The notes: generated from the letters alone by a model not told the origin. 64,000 nucleotides of DNA from Candidatus Woesearchaeota archaeon (GCA_964617015.1 CAZTVG010000001.1:46584-110583), one strand, 5' to 3'; positions 18,125 to 28,726 are shown, counted from the first letter of the stretch. Made by a program: numbers and translations.

Positions 18125-19051
18125 ATGGCTTTTATAAAAAAATGTCCTGAATGTGGAAGCATTCATCTTACCTATGACCCTCACTTAGGGGAAATTATCT
18201 GTAATGACTGTGGCCTCGTGGTTGAAGAAAAGATGGTTGATACTGGCATTGATTTACAGGGAAAGTTTGACAAGGGAGAGAAAAAAGGACGTGGAGGAGC
18301 TCCGACAAGCATTCAGAAATTTGACAAAGGACTTACAACCAATGTGGGGGAGATTTCTGATATTTACAGACTTGAACCCAAGCAAACCAGAAAATTCCTT
18401 AGACTCAAAAGGTGGCAGGAAAGGGTCTCCACAAGCATTGAAAGAAATCTAAGACTGGCAATGGCTGAGCTGAGAGTTATTGCTTCTTACTTAAATCTTC
18501 CCAACGTGATAAAAGACGATGCTGCAAGAATTTACAATTATGTCCTGCAGAGAGGTCTTGTTCGTGGCAGAAGCATGGAATCTGTAATTGCCGCCTGCTT
18601 ATATGCTGCCTGTAGATCCTACAACATCCCAAGAACTCTGGATGAAATGGCAACAGCTTCTGATGTTGAGAGAAAGGAAATAGGAAGAACTTATAGATTC
18701 GTAATAAGAAAACTCGGAATCAAAGTTAAACAAAGTTCCCCTAAAGACTATATCTCAAGATTCTCTTCTGTTTTAAAGCTCTCGCCAAAAACACAAAACG
18801 ATGCCCTTAAGGTCTTGAAAAGGGCAGAAGAGGTTGAATTAACCTCTGGAAGAGGTCCTGCAGGGATTGCTGCTGCAGCTTTGTATGTTGCAGCTTTGAT
18901 AAATGATGAAAAGAAAACACAGAGAGAGGTTGCAGATATTGCGGGAATAACAGAAGTCACAATAAGAAACAGGTATAAAGAACTTATAGAAAAGCTTAAT
19001 CTTGAGGATAAAATAAAGCAGAAAGAAAGCGAAACCAAGGCAAAAAGGTAG
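18125..19051 (+). CDS. tfb: Transcription initiation factor IIB
   Basis: CPECGS..CNDCG zinc ribbon, two cyclin folds, TQREVADIAGITEVTIRNRYKEL. Confidence 0.97.
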   Translation: MAFIKKCPECGSIHLTYDPHLGEIICNDCGLVVEEKMVDTGIDLQGKFDKGEKKGRGGAPTSIQKFDKGLTTNVGEISDIYRLEPKQTRKFLRLKRWQERVSTSIERNLRLAMAELRVIASYLNLPNVIKDDAARIYNYVLQRGLVRGRSMESVIAACLYAACRSYNIPRTLDEMATASDVERKEIGRTYRFVIRKLGIKVKQSSPKDYISRFSSVLKLSPKTQNDALKVLKRAEEVELTSGRGPAGIAAAALYVAALINDEKKTQREVADIAGITEVTIRNRYKELIEKLNLEDKIKQKESETKAKR

Positions 19052-19055
19052 GATT

Positions 19056-19529
19056 CTAAAGATTACTTTCAAACTCCATTAAACGGATAATGGTAGCCCC
19101 TAAAGGTACAACGCATTTCTCTGCCAATGGAAGCGCATAGACAAACCATCTTGGTATAACTAAAGTATCATATCTCACAGGCATTTTACTATCTTCTTGT
19201 TGGCGTTCACACACCAGTCGTTCATATGCCAATGCTAGCTTAAACTCATAAAAATCTTGGTGATTCATATGTTCTGCTACTCTTAAAGCATCATCTGCCA
19301 TTGGGCTTAATTCACACAGACCTTTTAACAAATTCTCTAAAGACCTAACATTATCAAGAAAAAACGTGTAATTACGCATTTCGAAATCATTCATCTCCCA
19401 GGGGTCTCCAAACAAATCAGAAGAGAGAAGCCAAGGATTCTCTCTCAATTTCCGTGCTAATTTAAATCGCTCTTCCGGCGTTATTTTCATTATGTTTAAC
19501 TTTTCTCCACTCATTGCTCGTCTGTACAA
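19056..19529 (-). CDS. Hypothetical protein
   Basis: 157-aa ORF filling the gap between tfb and tRNA-Leu; no motif recognised. Confidence 0.5.
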   Translation of the reverse strand: MYRRAMSGEKLNIMKITPEERFKLARKLRENPWLLSSDLFGDPWEMNDFEMRNYTFFLDNVRSLENLLKGLCELSPMADDALRVAEHMNHQDFYEFKLALAYERLVCERQQEDSKMPVRYDTLVIPRWFVYALPLAEKCVVPLGATIIRLMEFESNL

Positions 19530-19620
19530 AAATAGGTTTTTAATAATTATTCTTTACAATAATATACTTCAATTTCAAGATTCTAAAACTTTTTATAGAC
19601 TTATTTAGTGATATTTTTAT

Positions 19621-19704
19621 GTGGGGATGCCGGAGTGGTCAAACGGGCTGCGCTTAGGACGCAGTGGCTTAGTGCCTACGGGGGTTCGAATCCTCCTCTC
19701 CACA
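19621..19704 (+). tRNA. tRNA-Leu(TAG)
   Basis: GTGGGGA/TCTCCAC, CTGCG-CTTAGGA-CGCAG, long variable arm GGC-TTAGT-GCC. Confidence 0.94.
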
Positions 19705-19755
19705 TTAAGACCTGTTAGCTTAGTGCGTACCTAGGTTCGAATCCTAGCTTCCGCA
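19705..19755 (+). pseudogene. Orphan 3' half of a different tRNA-Leu (TAA anticodon)
   Basis: TTAAGA-CCTGT-T-AGCTTAGTGCG-TAC-CTAGG-TTCGAAT-CCTAG-CTTCCGC-A aligns position by position with the upstream tRNA 3' half. Confidence 0.8.
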
Positions 19756-19773
19756 TTATTCAATAAAGAATTT

Positions 19774-22700
19774 CTATCTGCATTCAAGGAATAAAGAGTA
19801 TATCTCATCCTTAAAACCAATTACATCTTCAACATACCTAATATTTCCTTTACTGCAATCAGTATTCCATCCATTATATCCTCTCAAAGCTCTTGTCCAG
19901 CCACTATAAGTTTTTCCATTGCAAACATACTCCTTAGAAGAAGAAACATGATTATTAATTAATAAATTAATTCCAAAATTCACATTTTCATCAAAATTTA
20001 ATTTTTCTCCATGCACATTTTTATTTATCTGCATAATTCCCAGACTCGTTCCTTCATCTCCCGCAAGGATTTCTGCTTTGTTATTTTCACAATAAAGAGG
20101 GTTATTGTTTTCATATGGACCTTGACAGTGCCTTATTCTGCTTTCAGTGTATGCGACCTGCAATACAAGACATTCAAAAGAGCTTGCTCCTGTATCTGCT
20201 TTGACAGAGGCATCATCAATTCCTCTTTGCTGTTTTATTTCAACTGCAAGCTCAATTATTTTTTTCCCTAAAACCTGCTGGCACTCTGTGGATGTTGAAC
20301 AAGTAAGTTTAATTTCTTCTCTAGACTCTCCAGCCTCAATATATTCTCTAGGACCTTCAAATGTAGAATCTATATCAAAAATAATTTCAGCGCCATCGTA
20401 AAATTGCTTTCCTTCCAAATTTTTAATTAAATCAATAAATTCAGATTCAGGTTTGGTTTTTTCGAAATCTCTTACGCTTTCTGTTTCAGGAACAAGCACC
20501 CAACTTATTATATCAAAAGACCATGTCCATTTTTTTAAATTATCATCAAATTTGAAATACAACTCCTCACCCGTTATAATGTCTTCAGTCACAATAAACA
20601 ATTTCTTATCAGTAAATTTAATCCTTTCTGTATATAATTCAGCATCATCAAAAAAACCACCTTCATCATTGAATCTAGTTCTTTCAATTAACAATCTTAA
20701 ACCGTCAGAATAAGTTTTGTCTTTTAACTGAATCAAAAACTTCTTTTCTTTTTCAGGAGCATTTATATAAGCTTCATCCACATTTAACCACGAATCTAGA
20801 TTATTTTTATTACTAGATACATGCCATTCTGTTCCAGAATAAGTATAGTAGAAATCCTGCCCAAAAACCACTCCATCTTCAAACAAAAATATGGGATAAC
20901 TAAGAAAACCGCTGATTAATCCTGCTTTAATTGCTTCTTCTCCTGTTATGCTTCCTTCTTGAAGTTTCTCTGCCAATGTTTTTTCTCCTTCTTCAATTTT
21001 ATCAATTTCTGGTTTGAGTTTTTCAAATGCAATAATAGCAAGGTCTGCATAAACATCTCCTCTCAAAAGTGTCAAATAACCCTTCTGACTGCCAAAGAAA
21101 ACCCTATCAATATTATCACTAATCAAATTTATTTTATTGAAGTTATCATCTTCAGAATCAATTTCCTCCAAAAGACTCTCGAAGTCTTCAACAAAACCAC
21201 CTTCTTTTTGAAGTGTTTCAATGTAATTAGGTGCAACTTTTCCAAGCACTTCGTTTTCAAGATTTGTATTTCTTAGAGTACTTTTTACACTGTCTGTGTC
21301 AAGCCAGCACTGAATCTTTGTGTTTCCGCAATTTCCAACAGGTTGCCATCTTCCCTTTTCTGTATTCGCAAGTACATCTGTTCCCAAACCTGGATTGGCT
21401 GTTGCACATATTCTTGTGATTCCGCGATTGTAAATAGCAGGATTTGTGACTTCTGTTACTCCAGCCTGCAAGTTAGGAGAAAGTAAACTGTAAATACTTG
21501 GAGTCCCTGAAACACATGCTGTTTCAGAAGTTATATCTTTCTGAGCAGCCTGAGAAGCGACATATTGTTCTGTGATATAATTTACTCCAAAAGATGTTGT
21601 AACTTGCTTAAAGCCACACTCTTCCTGACCATTGACGATTATACACATCTCCCGATAACCAGAAGGAGCTGTAATATCTCTTGTTTCAGTGAAAAAGTCT
21701 CCTGCCTTGATAAACCCTTGAGCAATTATTCTTCTTACACCAGTATCCTGGTAGAAAGAACCTCCTGTTCCTCTAAGATAAACTTGGTAATACGCTGGGA
21801 AATCTTTTCCTGCATAGATGTGGTAAAATACCTTGTATTGTGAGACAGGTGGAACAGTGGCTGTGGTGAAGGGAATCTCGTCAAATCTTCCATAAAATTG
21901 TGCAGGAGAATCAGGGGTTGTAAGAGCGTCAAAGAAATTTCCTCCAGAAGGCCCTGCAATAGAAACAAAATTCTTGCAGACAGCTGTTCCTACATCTTCT
22001 ACAGACCTTGCCTTGAATGCCCGGAAAGAGTTTGCAGCATAATACTGTGTAAAGTATCCTGTGGATTGTGAGGCAGTATCCCATGCATTTGCAACTCCAA
22101 GATACTCTCCTCCTCCACGAACATTTTGTCCAAGCACTGTTCCAAGTCCTTTGGTAAGCGCTATTTTTGCCAGTGGAATAGACTGTCTCCAGAAGAAATC
22201 ACACATGTATATGCTATTAATTTCATCACAAATTCCAGTTGTTTGCCCTGTATCTAAACTTGCCTGCAAACACTGCTGATAAGAATCAAAAACAGTCAAC
22301 AAGCCATCTATGCCTGCGTGAACTCCTGAAAGGCAGATAGGAATTTTTACCTCTGGAAAGTTTGGTAGGCACAAGGCCAAACTGCCTGCTATTCCAGACT
22401 GTATAACATCTTTAACAGGATATGCTCCGCCTAAATCACATCTTGAACTTGGGCATACAACAGGATCACAAACATTAAACAATAAATTACAATCTGTGGG
22501 AGACATAAAATCCTGGCATTGTATGTCTGGAATACCTATTGCAGGTTCTCCCACTTGAATTGACCGGCCAAGTATTTGTACTTTCCTAACTCCATCATGA
22601 TATCCTCTTTCAGCATCTGAAATTGCCCTTACTGCCTTAATTGCCAATGAAGATGATTTGCTTTTATCTAATCCTGGAAACTGATTGTAAGGTTGATTTG

Positions 22701-25700
22701 TCCCTGGATTTATCATTTCACAAGTATCATCACCTATTCCAGAATCAAACTCTGCTCTTCCATTTCTTCCCACATTGCAAAGCCAGAAACTTCGAACTAC
22801 TCCTGAAGCATCATAAGCTCTTATTGCCCCACCTATTGGTGTAGTTGGTTTAACATAAGCATACCAACCTTCTTTAACATTAAATGGAACAATTGCGGGA
22901 AATCCTGCGTAAATGCCTACCTCATAATATCTTACTCTTGGATTTACAAATTGATTTTGATAAGTTGTTGAATCATATCTTCTTAAAGCAAGTCCTAGAG
23001 GATTTATGTTATCTTCTTCTACAGGAGTCAAACTACCATCATTATTTATCCTGTAAGTTTGAGTTATTATGAAATTATTATTTAAAGTTAAAAGATATTC
23101 TTTTCCATCAGATTCGTCAAAAAATTTCTGGACAAATTCTTTATCTTCTATAGAATCACTCTTATAATTATTCCTTGCCCTTACTTCCTCAAATGTTTTA
23201 ACTTCAGTAATTGCATATTCCTTTAGTTTTTTAGTAGAGCCTATTATAACTGGACCACCATATTCACCTTCAAGAGTTTGTCTTTTGACATCTCTCTGTG
23301 TATTAACATAAATATCTGCAAGTTCTTTTTTGACTTCTGCCCGGGCAATTGCCCTTATTCTTTCATTTTCAGAATTCACAAGTCTTGAATTCAGCTGAAG
23401 ATTTCTTGCCTGTGTTAAAAATGAAGTGTCTGAATTTATTCTGGCAATTGCATCTGAAACAAGAACATCCTGATTTCCTATTTTAATTTTATCATTTTCA
23501 AAAACCCCTTTCAAATTATCACTTAATTCCTTGTTGAAATCACTATCAACATATTCTTTCAATACTTTTTCTGTATCTTCTCCAGCTTTCCCTAATTTTT
23601 CACGAATAGTTTTGAATTCCTGGTTTTGTTTTTCCATTCCTCCAAAGATAATGTCAATATCTGCATCTATTGCATCTGAATTATCAAGAAGACATGAATC
23701 CACGCTTCCATATGTTGCCATGGACTCTTTTTTATTGCAGAATTCAAACCACCCAGAGTCACCCCTCATGACATTCTGCCTTGCAATCCCCTTTCCTCCA
23801 AGATTTGAAAAGAAATTCTTTATAGTCAACGTGGTTCCGACCCCAAGACATGCAGCCTTTAGACTACTGACAACTGTTCCGAGCTTCCCATTTATATCCT
23901 GCCATTTTTCTAAAGTTTTATTTAAAGATTCAATTCTTTCTCTTGTTTTTTCAGGGGATAACTGAATTCCTCTTTTTTCAATTCCTATCTTAAATCTAAA
24001 TGGAACACTTGTTCTTGCGTAATTTATTTTTGGATTTATTGAGACTTTTGCCAGTTTCTTTAGGTTAACTTCAAGAAGTGTAAATTTATATTTGCTTCCA
24101 AAACTTTCCGGGAAGTTTTTGTTTAATCTTTTAGTAGAAGTTCCCAGAATAAAAGCTTTTGTAGCTTCTGTTGTGCTTCTTTCTATCTGAAGATTAACTC
24201 TTACTGTAGCTGTTGCCTCCCTGTCTAAATCATCTCTGCGCAAATCCAAAAGCTGGATGAATTCGTCTTTGCTTAAATGATTAATGCTATTCTTCCTAAG
24301 AGTTATTTTATAAGGGCTTCCTTCCGGAGGACTGACTAATATTTCTGCCGAAAACTCGTCAAGAGATGGCTCTCTTATTCTGTCAAAAACAATTCTGTAG
24401 GTTCGTCCATCAATCAAAACGTCTCTGACTGCACTTTCAGTGCTTGAAAGCTTGTAAGCATTTCTACAAATATCAGTCACAACAGAATCAGGATAACTAT
24501 CCCTGAATTCATCACATAACTCAATAGCTGTTCTTTTTTGTCCTGTTAACCACGCAAGTTCTATTTTTGAAAATAAAGCCGCTTCACCAAGAGTTTCTGT
24601 TAGTTCCCCAAAAGATTCTTCCTGGGGAAAACTTGCAATAACAGTATCATAATCTCTTTCTGCTTTCCCATAAAAATTACTGACATCTGCTGACAAGGAT
24701 GAAATGTCTGAATCCTGTGCTTCTGCAAAACCAACAATAGCAAGAGTTTTTCCAAAAACCTTTTCTGACTCTCTGAAAGAAACAGATTCAAATGATTGTC
24801 CTGAAAGAAATCTGAGCCCTTTTTCTACACTTGAAAAAGCACCCTTAAACCCTTCCTTGATTAACTGATTCAAGTTGTCTATGTTTGAAGAAGGGAATCT
24901 GTTTACAAATCCACCAATAGAATTTAATACATTTTCTGTTAAAGCTTCTCCCTGGCCAGGCATGGAAACAGTAACAATAAATAAATTTTGTTCAGCTGTG
25001 CCAATGCCTTCTGTTCCAACATATGCGAGATAAACTGATTTCTCAGTTTCCTTACCTTTTTCAATCTCCTGGTAAAGTCTGTCCCCAACACTAACTTCAA
25101 TTGGTTTTCCTTCTATTTTCAGGTTTATTTTCGGATTGATTGTCATATCAAAAACACCCCTTCTCACATCTTCCCTGCAGCTAATCCTGACTCCCTCATT
25201 TACACCGTTTTTAATTATTCTTGTTACCTGACACTTGTTTTCAAGGAATCTTTCTCCTTCCTTGACCTCGACAACATCTTCATTTATTCTTAATTTTGCC
25301 CTTGTGTTTGGATTTTCCAAACCATTTAGCCTAACCTGCATTGACCCAAGACAATAATTAAAGCCAGGCATGAAAATTTCCCTTGATGTTTCGCCTACAT
25401 TAAGATTCACAGTCTGAAGTTTTCTTTTTACACCTGAAGTCCCAGAGCCATAGGTCTCTCTGTCAGAATAAATTGAAATTGATGCACCTAGATTATCAAT
25501 TGAATCTGCTCTCAGATACCCCTTACCTCTCCAAAAGCCATACTGACGGAAATTTTCCTCCCACTGCTCATCACTTAATTCAGGAAGGTAAAAATTAGCT
25601 CTTCCCACACCAAAAGCATTTTTTACATCATACCTTATTGTTGCTGTTAAATTTCCCAGAATAAATTCAGGCATTGCAGATTCATTTGCCTGCCTTCTCA

Positions 25701-26184
25701 GGACTATGACCGCATAACCTATGTTATTCAAAACAGGCTGGTTAAGCTGGGCACCATATCTCCCCAAGGCAGCTCTTGCAGGCACATAAGTCACTCCAAC
25801 AACTTCTTTAGGTTTTGGTCCTGCAAAAGAAAAAATAATATTATTAATGGCTTCAATTTTTATCAAAGGATTTAATTGTGTTGCAACTATTGGACAAAAA
25901 ACAGGAACGTTCTGATCTTCAAGGAGGTCGCTTCTTACAACAGATGGCTCACAACCCAAAGGGTTAACCTGAAGAATAAAATCCTGTCCTGCTTCACACA
26001 TGCTTCTGTCAAATAAAGGAAACTGCAAATCTCCCTGGAAAGGAACAAAAGTCGGGTAATAAGCAACATTGGAACGTGAGTAAGTATTGCTAGCACCACT
26101 GAAAATTTGCGATGAAATTAAAGATAATGCAAATACAATTCCAATTAATAATAAAATTCCGATTACTATTTGTTTTTTCTTCAT
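19774..26184 (-). CDS. Giant (2136 aa) membrane-anchored Cys-rich protein with C-terminal lytic transglycosylase (SLT)-like domain
   Basis: N-terminal TM; C-terminal VAYTES, SLGIMQIN, ENVNFGINLL, ALRGYNG, YVEDV match SLT motifs. Confidence 0.8.
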   Translation of the reverse strand: MKKKQIVIGILLLIGIVFALSLISSQIFSGASNTYSRSNVAYYPTFVPFQGDLQFPLFDRSMCEAGQDFILQVNPLGCEPSVVRSDLLEDQNVPVFCPIVATQLNPLIKIEAINNIIFSFAGPKPKEVVGVTYVPARAALGRYGAQLNQPVLNNIGYAVIVLRRQANESAMPEFILGNLTATIRYDVKNAFGVGRANFYLPELSDEQWEENFRQYGFWRGKGYLRADSIDNLGASISIYSDRETYGSGTSGVKRKLQTVNLNVGETSREIFMPGFNYCLGSMQVRLNGLENPNTRAKLRINEDVVEVKEGERFLENKCQVTRIIKNGVNEGVRISCREDVRRGVFDMTINPKINLKIEGKPIEVSVGDRLYQEIEKGKETEKSVYLAYVGTEGIGTAEQNLFIVTVSMPGQGEALTENVLNSIGGFVNRFPSSNIDNLNQLIKEGFKGAFSSVEKGLRFLSGQSFESVSFRESEKVFGKTLAIVGFAEAQDSDISSLSADVSNFYGKAERDYDTVIASFPQEESFGELTETLGEAALFSKIELAWLTGQKRTAIELCDEFRDSYPDSVVTDICRNAYKLSSTESAVRDVLIDGRTYRIVFDRIREPSLDEFSAEILVSPPEGSPYKITLRKNSINHLSKDEFIQLLDLRRDDLDREATATVRVNLQIERSTTEATKAFILGTSTKRLNKNFPESFGSKYKFTLLEVNLKKLAKVSINPKINYARTSVPFRFKIGIEKRGIQLSPEKTRERIESLNKTLEKWQDINGKLGTVVSSLKAACLGVGTTLTIKNFFSNLGGKGIARQNVMRGDSGWFEFCNKKESMATYGSVDSCLLDNSDAIDADIDIIFGGMEKQNQEFKTIREKLGKAGEDTEKVLKEYVDSDFNKELSDNLKGVFENDKIKIGNQDVLVSDAIARINSDTSFLTQARNLQLNSRLVNSENERIRAIARAEVKKELADIYVNTQRDVKRQTLEGEYGGPVIIGSTKKLKEYAITEVKTFEEVRARNNYKSDSIEDKEFVQKFFDESDGKEYLLTLNNNFIITQTYRINNDGSLTPVEEDNINPLGLALRRYDSTTYQNQFVNPRVRYYEVGIYAGFPAIVPFNVKEGWYAYVKPTTPIGGAIRAYDASGVVRSFWLCNVGRNGRAEFDSGIGDDTCEMINPGTNQPYNQFPGLDKSKSSSLAIKAVRAISDAERGYHDGVRKVQILGRSIQVGEPAIGIPDIQCQDFMSPTDCNLLFNVCDPVVCPSSRCDLGGAYPVKDVIQSGIAGSLALCLPNFPEVKIPICLSGVHAGIDGLLTVFDSYQQCLQASLDTGQTTGICDEINSIYMCDFFWRQSIPLAKIALTKGLGTVLGQNVRGGGEYLGVANAWDTASQSTGYFTQYYAANSFRAFKARSVEDVGTAVCKNFVSIAGPSGGNFFDALTTPDSPAQFYGRFDEIPFTTATVPPVSQYKVFYHIYAGKDFPAYYQVYLRGTGGSFYQDTGVRRIIAQGFIKAGDFFTETRDITAPSGYREMCIIVNGQEECGFKQVTTSFGVNYITEQYVASQAAQKDITSETACVSGTPSIYSLLSPNLQAGVTEVTNPAIYNRGITRICATANPGLGTDVLANTEKGRWQPVGNCGNTKIQCWLDTDSVKSTLRNTNLENEVLGKVAPNYIETLQKEGGFVEDFESLLEEIDSEDDNFNKINLISDNIDRVFFGSQKGYLTLLRGDVYADLAIIAFEKLKPEIDKIEEGEKTLAEKLQEGSITGEEAIKAGLISGFLSYPIFLFEDGVVFGQDFYYTYSGTEWHVSSNKNNLDSWLNVDEAYINAPEKEKKFLIQLKDKTYSDGLRLLIERTRFNDEGGFFDDAELYTERIKFTDKKLFIVTEDIITGEELYFKFDDNLKKWTWSFDIISWVLVPETESVRDFEKTKPESEFIDLIKNLEGKQFYDGAEIIFDIDSTFEGPREYIEAGESREEIKLTCSTSTECQQVLGKKIIELAVEIKQQRGIDDASVKADTGASSFECLVLQVAYTESRIRHCQGPYENNNPLYCENNKAEILAGDEGTSLGIMQINKNVHGEKLNFDENVNFGINLLINNHVSSSKEYVCNGKTYSGWTRALRGYNGWNTDCSKGNIRYVEDVIGFKDEIYSLFLECR

Positions 26185-26185
26185 C

Positions 26186-26338
26186 TTATTTCTTTTTTGA
26201 TTTTTTTATTTCTTCCTTTGCTTCTGGAAAAATGCTTCCAGTGTATCCGCATTTCCTGCATTCCATCATTCCTATATTTCCTCCTGCAACTAAATCCAGT
26301 TCCCTGCCCTTGCATCTCGGACAAAATTTTATTTTCAT
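26186..26338 (-). CDS. Small zinc-ribbon protein (50 aa)
   Basis: MKIKFCPRCKG...MECRKCGYTGSIFPE; stop codon abuts the start of the giant gene. Confidence 0.75.
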   Translation of the reverse strand: MKIKFCPRCKGRELDLVAGGNIGMMECRKCGYTGSIFPEAKEEIKKSKKK

Positions 26339-26461
26339 TTTTAATTTAAACCAATTGCATTTTGCTTAATTTTAATCTCAAATTATTATCTGTTAATTCT
26401 TTTTTATCGGCTATTAACTTCATCTTGTGTAGCCCATATACATTAATATTTTTCATCATTA

Positions 26462-28285
26462 TCATCTAAAATTTATATCAAGTCCTTTAGTTTCAAACAA
26501 TAAGTAGTTGGTTTCAAGTTTTTCAAGAGTGTCTGGTTTAGAAAGACTTTCTGCATTTATTTCAATAGTGCCGGAGTTTATCAATTCAGACTCTAAAATG
26601 AAATAATTTTGTTTTCCGCCTCCTGCTAAAGCATTTGAAATTAACTGCTCTGGGACTTCAATATCAAAACACCTCTCCTTTGTCACGCCAAACACCCCAA
26701 GGATTCCTGATTTTGGAACTTTTACGCACTGCTCTGTTGTTGTCGCTCCTATATTTATTGAGGAACTCCTGTAAATATAAACCTGAATCTCATACTGATC
26801 TTCGCCCAATTCAACTGTTCTTTGTTCAGGATAAGCAATTGTTTTTGTTGAATCCGATGAAATAAAATGAATTATTGAATTTCCGCTGTAACTTGCTCCA
26901 TCAAGTTTCAAATCAATATTTTTCGTGTAAAGCTTGTCAAGAATAATATCTATGTTTCCAGAAGAAACAGTAGAAAATAAATATCTTGCATCTTTAAATC
27001 CGTCGGCTCTCGCATGGACATAACCATTCACACATTGCGGAAAATTTTCTCTGAGTGCTCCAAAACTTGTCTCTCCTATATTGCATTTATTTCCTAAACA
27101 TTCATAAGAAATTTCTGCATCAACAGATCTTCCTTGTCTGTCTCTTGTGTTCACCTGAATTTCTGCATTTTTATATAAGCAAAGCTCTGGAACAACATTT
27201 TCAATCGCAGTTGCATTCAAAGACTCACGTGGATTATTATTTTGTAAAACAACAGCCATCGGAAACTGGAAAATCTCATCTCCATCAGAAACCTGTACTA
27301 AAACAGGATATTTTATACTGTAAACAAAATGATAAGGAACATAACAAAATCCAATAATTCCCAAACCAGGCTGGTTTCCCACAGGATTTGAAATCAAAAT
27401 GATTCCTTCAGAAGGCGAAACTTCAAAACTATTCGGCCAGTTTCGAGAATTCAGGAACCTTACTTCTTCTTCCACAGGCAAATCAACCTTAAAGTAATCA
27501 TCACTATCTACTCCTGTTTCAATTGCCAGTGTATTTGCCTCAATAGCTTCCTGAAGCTCATCAAAAACCTTATTGGCATTCCAGACTAAAGGACTGCATG
27601 TAAGTTCAACGCCGTCAACAGGAGCATATGATCTCAGTGTATCAACAGCATATTCTTCAAGAAACAGAGTTTCCTGTTCATGTTCATAAACTTTTACTGC
27701 AGAATCATATAAATTTCCTAGCTTTGATTTGACCACAATCTTATGATTTTTTACAGTGGCAGATTCATTGCCAAAAACTATATTCAAATTCATACTCAAA
27801 TCAATCTCAACCTCATCATCTTTAATATTAGAGCTTGCCTCGGGTTCTGCCAGAGAAATTTCAAATCCCTGTTCATAATAATCATTAAAATTGCAGTCAT
27901 TAATCCTTTCTTCAATGAACTCTTCAAGCTGAGTTTCCATCTCCTTTTTAGTGGGAACCTGTTCTTTTTGGATGTTGTTTCCAGAAACATAATACCAGTA
28001 AGGAATAGGATTTCCCAAAAAATTCAGTTGAGAGGAAAAAGGCATATATTGGGAACCTGGTTCAAATTCCGGCAGAAAAATATAACCTCCCTGGGATTCC
28101 AGAATGCCTGCCCCCACAGATGTATCTTCTTCAAGACAAGCCAAGAAAGCTGTATAAACAGGTTCAATATTTGCAGGTAAATCAATACTTATTAAAGAAC
28201 CTCTTAAAATAAAATAAGAAAGAACTCCTGCGAGAATAAGTATGGCAATTATAATAAATATGGTCACCTGCCCTTTATTTTTCAT
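26462..28285 (-). CDS. Secreted 607-aa protein with class III (prepilin-like) signal peptide
   Basis: MKNKG/QVTIFIIIAILIL. Confidence 0.75.
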   Translation of the reverse strand: MKNKGQVTIFIIIAILILAGVLSYFILRGSLISIDLPANIEPVYTAFLACLEEDTSVGAGILESQGGYIFLPEFEPGSQYMPFSSQLNFLGNPIPYWYYVSGNNIQKEQVPTKKEMETQLEEFIEERINDCNFNDYYEQGFEISLAEPEASSNIKDDEVEIDLSMNLNIVFGNESATVKNHKIVVKSKLGNLYDSAVKVYEHEQETLFLEEYAVDTLRSYAPVDGVELTCSPLVWNANKVFDELQEAIEANTLAIETGVDSDDYFKVDLPVEEEVRFLNSRNWPNSFEVSPSEGIILISNPVGNQPGLGIIGFCYVPYHFVYSIKYPVLVQVSDGDEIFQFPMAVVLQNNNPRESLNATAIENVVPELCLYKNAEIQVNTRDRQGRSVDAEISYECLGNKCNIGETSFGALRENFPQCVNGYVHARADGFKDARYLFSTVSSGNIDIILDKLYTKNIDLKLDGASYSGNSIIHFISSDSTKTIAYPEQRTVELGEDQYEIQVYIYRSSSINIGATTTEQCVKVPKSGILGVFGVTKERCFDIEVPEQLISNALAGGGKQNYFILESELINSGTIEINAESLSKPDTLEKLETNYLLFETKGLDINFR

Positions 28286-28412
28286 TTTTCTTCACCCCAC
28301 TGATTTTTTTCTTTATCAGTTCTATTATTTCAGTATTAATATCTTTTATTATACTATATTTGAATTTCTCCCAGAGCTTTTCATCTTCTATAAGAAGCAA
28401 ATATTTTTTCAT
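28275..28412 (-). CDS. Small ribbon-helix-helix-like regulator (45 aa)
   Basis: MKKYLLLIEDEKLWEKFKYSIIKDINTEIIELIKKKI; stop overlaps start of the next gene. Confidence 0.6.
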   Translation of the reverse strand: MKKYLLLIEDEKLWEKFKYSIIKDINTEIIELIKKKISGVKKNEK

Positions 28413-28472
28413 GATACCCCTTAATCTTAATCTAAAAAAAATCTAATATATAAATGTTCCTTAATAACTTAT

Positions 28473-28491
28473 TTACTAAGTAACTTAGTAA
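28473..28491. promoter_or_regulatory. Perfect palindrome TTACTAAGT-A-ACTTAGTAA
   Basis: Lies just upstream of the TATA box of the RHH-like gene. Confidence 0.55.
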
Positions 28492-28531
28492 GCATAAAAC
28501 AATAAATGATAAGCACTAAATAAAATTAAAT

Positions 28532-28726
28532 TTAATATCTGTATCTTCCTGCCCTGAAGTAATTAATTCCTCCAAAAAGAATCAAGATTCCCCCGATAAA
28601 AATTATCCAGGGGTCTAAGCTGGACATTACTTCTGGGAGAGTAAAAATACTAAAAGGATAATTTAGAAAATACAATCCAAAAATTAGATACAGCAACAAA
28701 ACGATTAACCTAAATCTACCCCTCAT
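28532..28726 (-). CDS. Small two-TM membrane protein
   Basis: 64 aa, hydrophobic, TATA ~24 nt upstream. Confidence 0.65.
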   Translation of the reverse strand: MRGRFRLIVLLLYLIFGLYFLNYPFSIFTLPEVMSSLDPWIIFIGGILILFGGINYFRAGRYRY

